Assembly (NCBI GenBank): GCA_016235595.1
Contig: JACRJX010000025.1
Location: 228,765 to 292,764, forward strand
Origin: Verrucomicrobiota bacterium
Lineage (GTDB): Bacteria > Verrucomicrobiota > Verrucomicrobiia > CAIQCK01
DNA length: 64,000 nucleotides
Direction of reading: 5' to 3'
The notes under the pieces were generated by a model. The model had not been told where the DNA came from and did not search any database. It saw only the letters and a program-made list of their open reading frames with translations. This document shows, piece by piece, positions 62,566 through 64,000 of this stretch (its first letter is position 1; every line of letters starts with the position of its first letter). The position numbers and the translations under genes were made by a program.

Positions 62566-62656
62566 GAATGCGGTTTGCGGATTGCGGGATGCAAAATCAA
62601 TTGGCGCATTCCCCACACCAATCCACTCCCCATTCCAAATTCCGAATCTGGCATTC
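62566..62656. repeat. Degenerate inverted heptamer arrays
   Basis: GAATGCG GTTTGCG GATTGCG GGATGCA ... CGCATTC ... CCCATTC CAAATTC CGAATCT GGCATTC. Confidence 0.6.
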
Positions 62657-62658
62657 CC

Positions 62659-64000
62659 ATGGACTACATTCCCAACACTGAAGCTGATTTGAGCGCAATG
62701 CTGCGCGAGATCGGCGTCGCGAGCTTCGACGAACTGGTCGCGGCGATTCCGGCTTCGTTGCGCCAGTTCAAGATGGAACTGCCGCCGGCGATGTCCGAAT
62801 CGGAATTGCAGCGCGAACTCGGCGCGATGGCGGCCCGTAACACGCCACTCGACGCGCTCACGTCGTTCCTCGGCGCCGGCGCTTACGAGCACTTCATTCC
62901 AAGCGCCATCGACCACCTCATCTCGCGCGGCGAGTTGTACACCGCCTACACGCCGTATCAGGCCGAGGCCAGCCAGGGCACGCTGCAACTGCTTTACGAA
63001 TACCAGTCGCTCATCTGCGCGCACACCGGCATGGACGTCTCCAATGCCTCGCTCTACGACGGAGGCACGGCCGTCGGCGAGAGCGCCTATCTCGCGTTGA
63101 ATGCGCACCCGAAGCGCAACCGCATCGTCATTTCCAGCGCCGTGCATCCGGAGTATCGGCAGATTCTCAAGACCTACACTGCCGGCATGGATGTGCAGAT
63201 TGTCGAACTGCCAACGCGTGATGGCTTGACCGACCTCGATGCGCTCGCGGCCGCGGCCGACGAGAACACCGCCGCCGTGCTGCTCCAGTCGCCAAACTTC
63301 TTCGGCTGCATCGAGCCCATGCAGCGCGCCGGCGAGCTGATCAAACCGAAAGGCGCGTGGTTCGTCGCCGTCGTCAACCCGATCTCACTCGGCGTGATCA
63401 AGCCGCCCGGCGAATACGGCGCCGACCTCGCTATCGGCGAAGGCCAGCCGCTCGGCATTCCTGTCGCTTACGGCGGACCGTATGTCGGCTTCCTGACCAG
63501 TTCCAAACAACTGATCCATAAGATTTCCGGGCGCATCGTCGGCCGCAGCGTGGACACGGAAGGCCGGGAGGCGTTCTGTCTGACACTGCAAGCGCGCGAG
63601 CAACACATCCGCCGTGAGAAGGCCACGTCGAATATCTGCAGCAACCAGTCACTGATGGCGTTGCGAACTGCCATTTTTCTCTCGCTGCTCGGCAAACGCG
63701 GCATGCGCGAGATCGCCGAGTTGAACCTGCGCCGGAGCCACCAAGCCGCCGAGGCCATCAGCCGCGTGCCCGGCTTCGCGCTGAAATTTCCCCGCGCGCC
63801 GTTTTTCAACGAGTTCGTCGTCACCTGCACGGCCCCGGCGCAAACGATCTGCGACCAGCTGGAGCGCGACGGAATTCTCGCCGGCCTGCCGTTGGGCCGC
63901 TTCGACGCCGCCATGGAGCGCGATCTGCTCGTGTGCGTCACTGAAACCAAGTCTACCGCCAACATCGAGCGGCTTGCCGAAGCGCTGGGTCGCGCCGCCG
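62659..64000 (+). CDS. gcvPA: Glycine dehydrogenase subunit 1, runs off the right edge
   Basis: MDYIPNT, FLGAGAYEH, TAYTPYQAEASQG, NASLYDG, REQHIRREKATSNICSNQ; open to the window end. Confidence 0.96.
   Translation, partial: MDYIPNTEADLSAMLREIGVASFDELVAAIPASLRQFKMELPPAMSESELQRELGAMAARNTPLDALTSFLGAGAYEHFIPSAIDHLISRGELYTAYTPYQAEASQGTLQLLYEYQSLICAHTGMDVSNASLYDGGTAVGESAYLALNAHPKRNRIVISSAVHPEYRQILKTYTAGMDVQIVELPTRDGLTDLDALAAAADENTAAVLLQSPNFFGCIEPMQRAGELIKPKGAWFVAVVNPISLGVIKPPGEYGADLAIGEGQPLGIPVAYGGPYVGFLTSSKQLIHKISGRIVGRSVDTEGREAFCLTLQAREQHIRREKATSNICSNQSLMALRTAIFLSLLGKRGMREIAELNLRRSHQAAEAISRVPGFALKFPRAPFFNEFVVTCTAPAQTICDQLERDGILAGLPLGRFDAAMERDLLVCVTETKSTANIERLAEALGRAA

Overview
GC-rich diderm bacterial DNA; LptD, a PEP-CTERM protein and many secreted sugar/sulfate enzymes suggest a Verrucomicrobiota-like PVC organism (inference). 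About 45 genes plus tRNA-Asn(GUU): glutaminase-less guaA and hisF, a hybrid kinase, transporters, yggS-lptD-ugd-epimerase, galE, an MscK-like channel and gcvT-H-PA. Highlights: (1) an unannotated 55-codon DUF6132-like gene (39794-39961, minus) whose second conserved Cys is an in-frame UGA followed by a SECIS-like hairpin, a candidate selenoprotein; (2) a likely CpxR/OmpR-type regulon, where a duplicated 58-bp TTTAC-phased element precedes both a MacAB-like exporter and a six-gene operon of secreted proteins (FGE-fold+PEBP fusion, two aryl-sulfotransferases, sulfatase, metallophosphoesterase, DUF1566) that all carry Gly/Lys/Arg-rich disordered segments; (3) two different REP-like palindromes inserted in frame in one gene; (4) an intact AbrB-Doc toxin-antitoxin pair between hsdS and hsdM remnants next to tRNA-Asn; (5) adjacent amidotransferase synthase subunits that may use free ammonia. 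All family calls come from motif recognition by eye; no searches were run.
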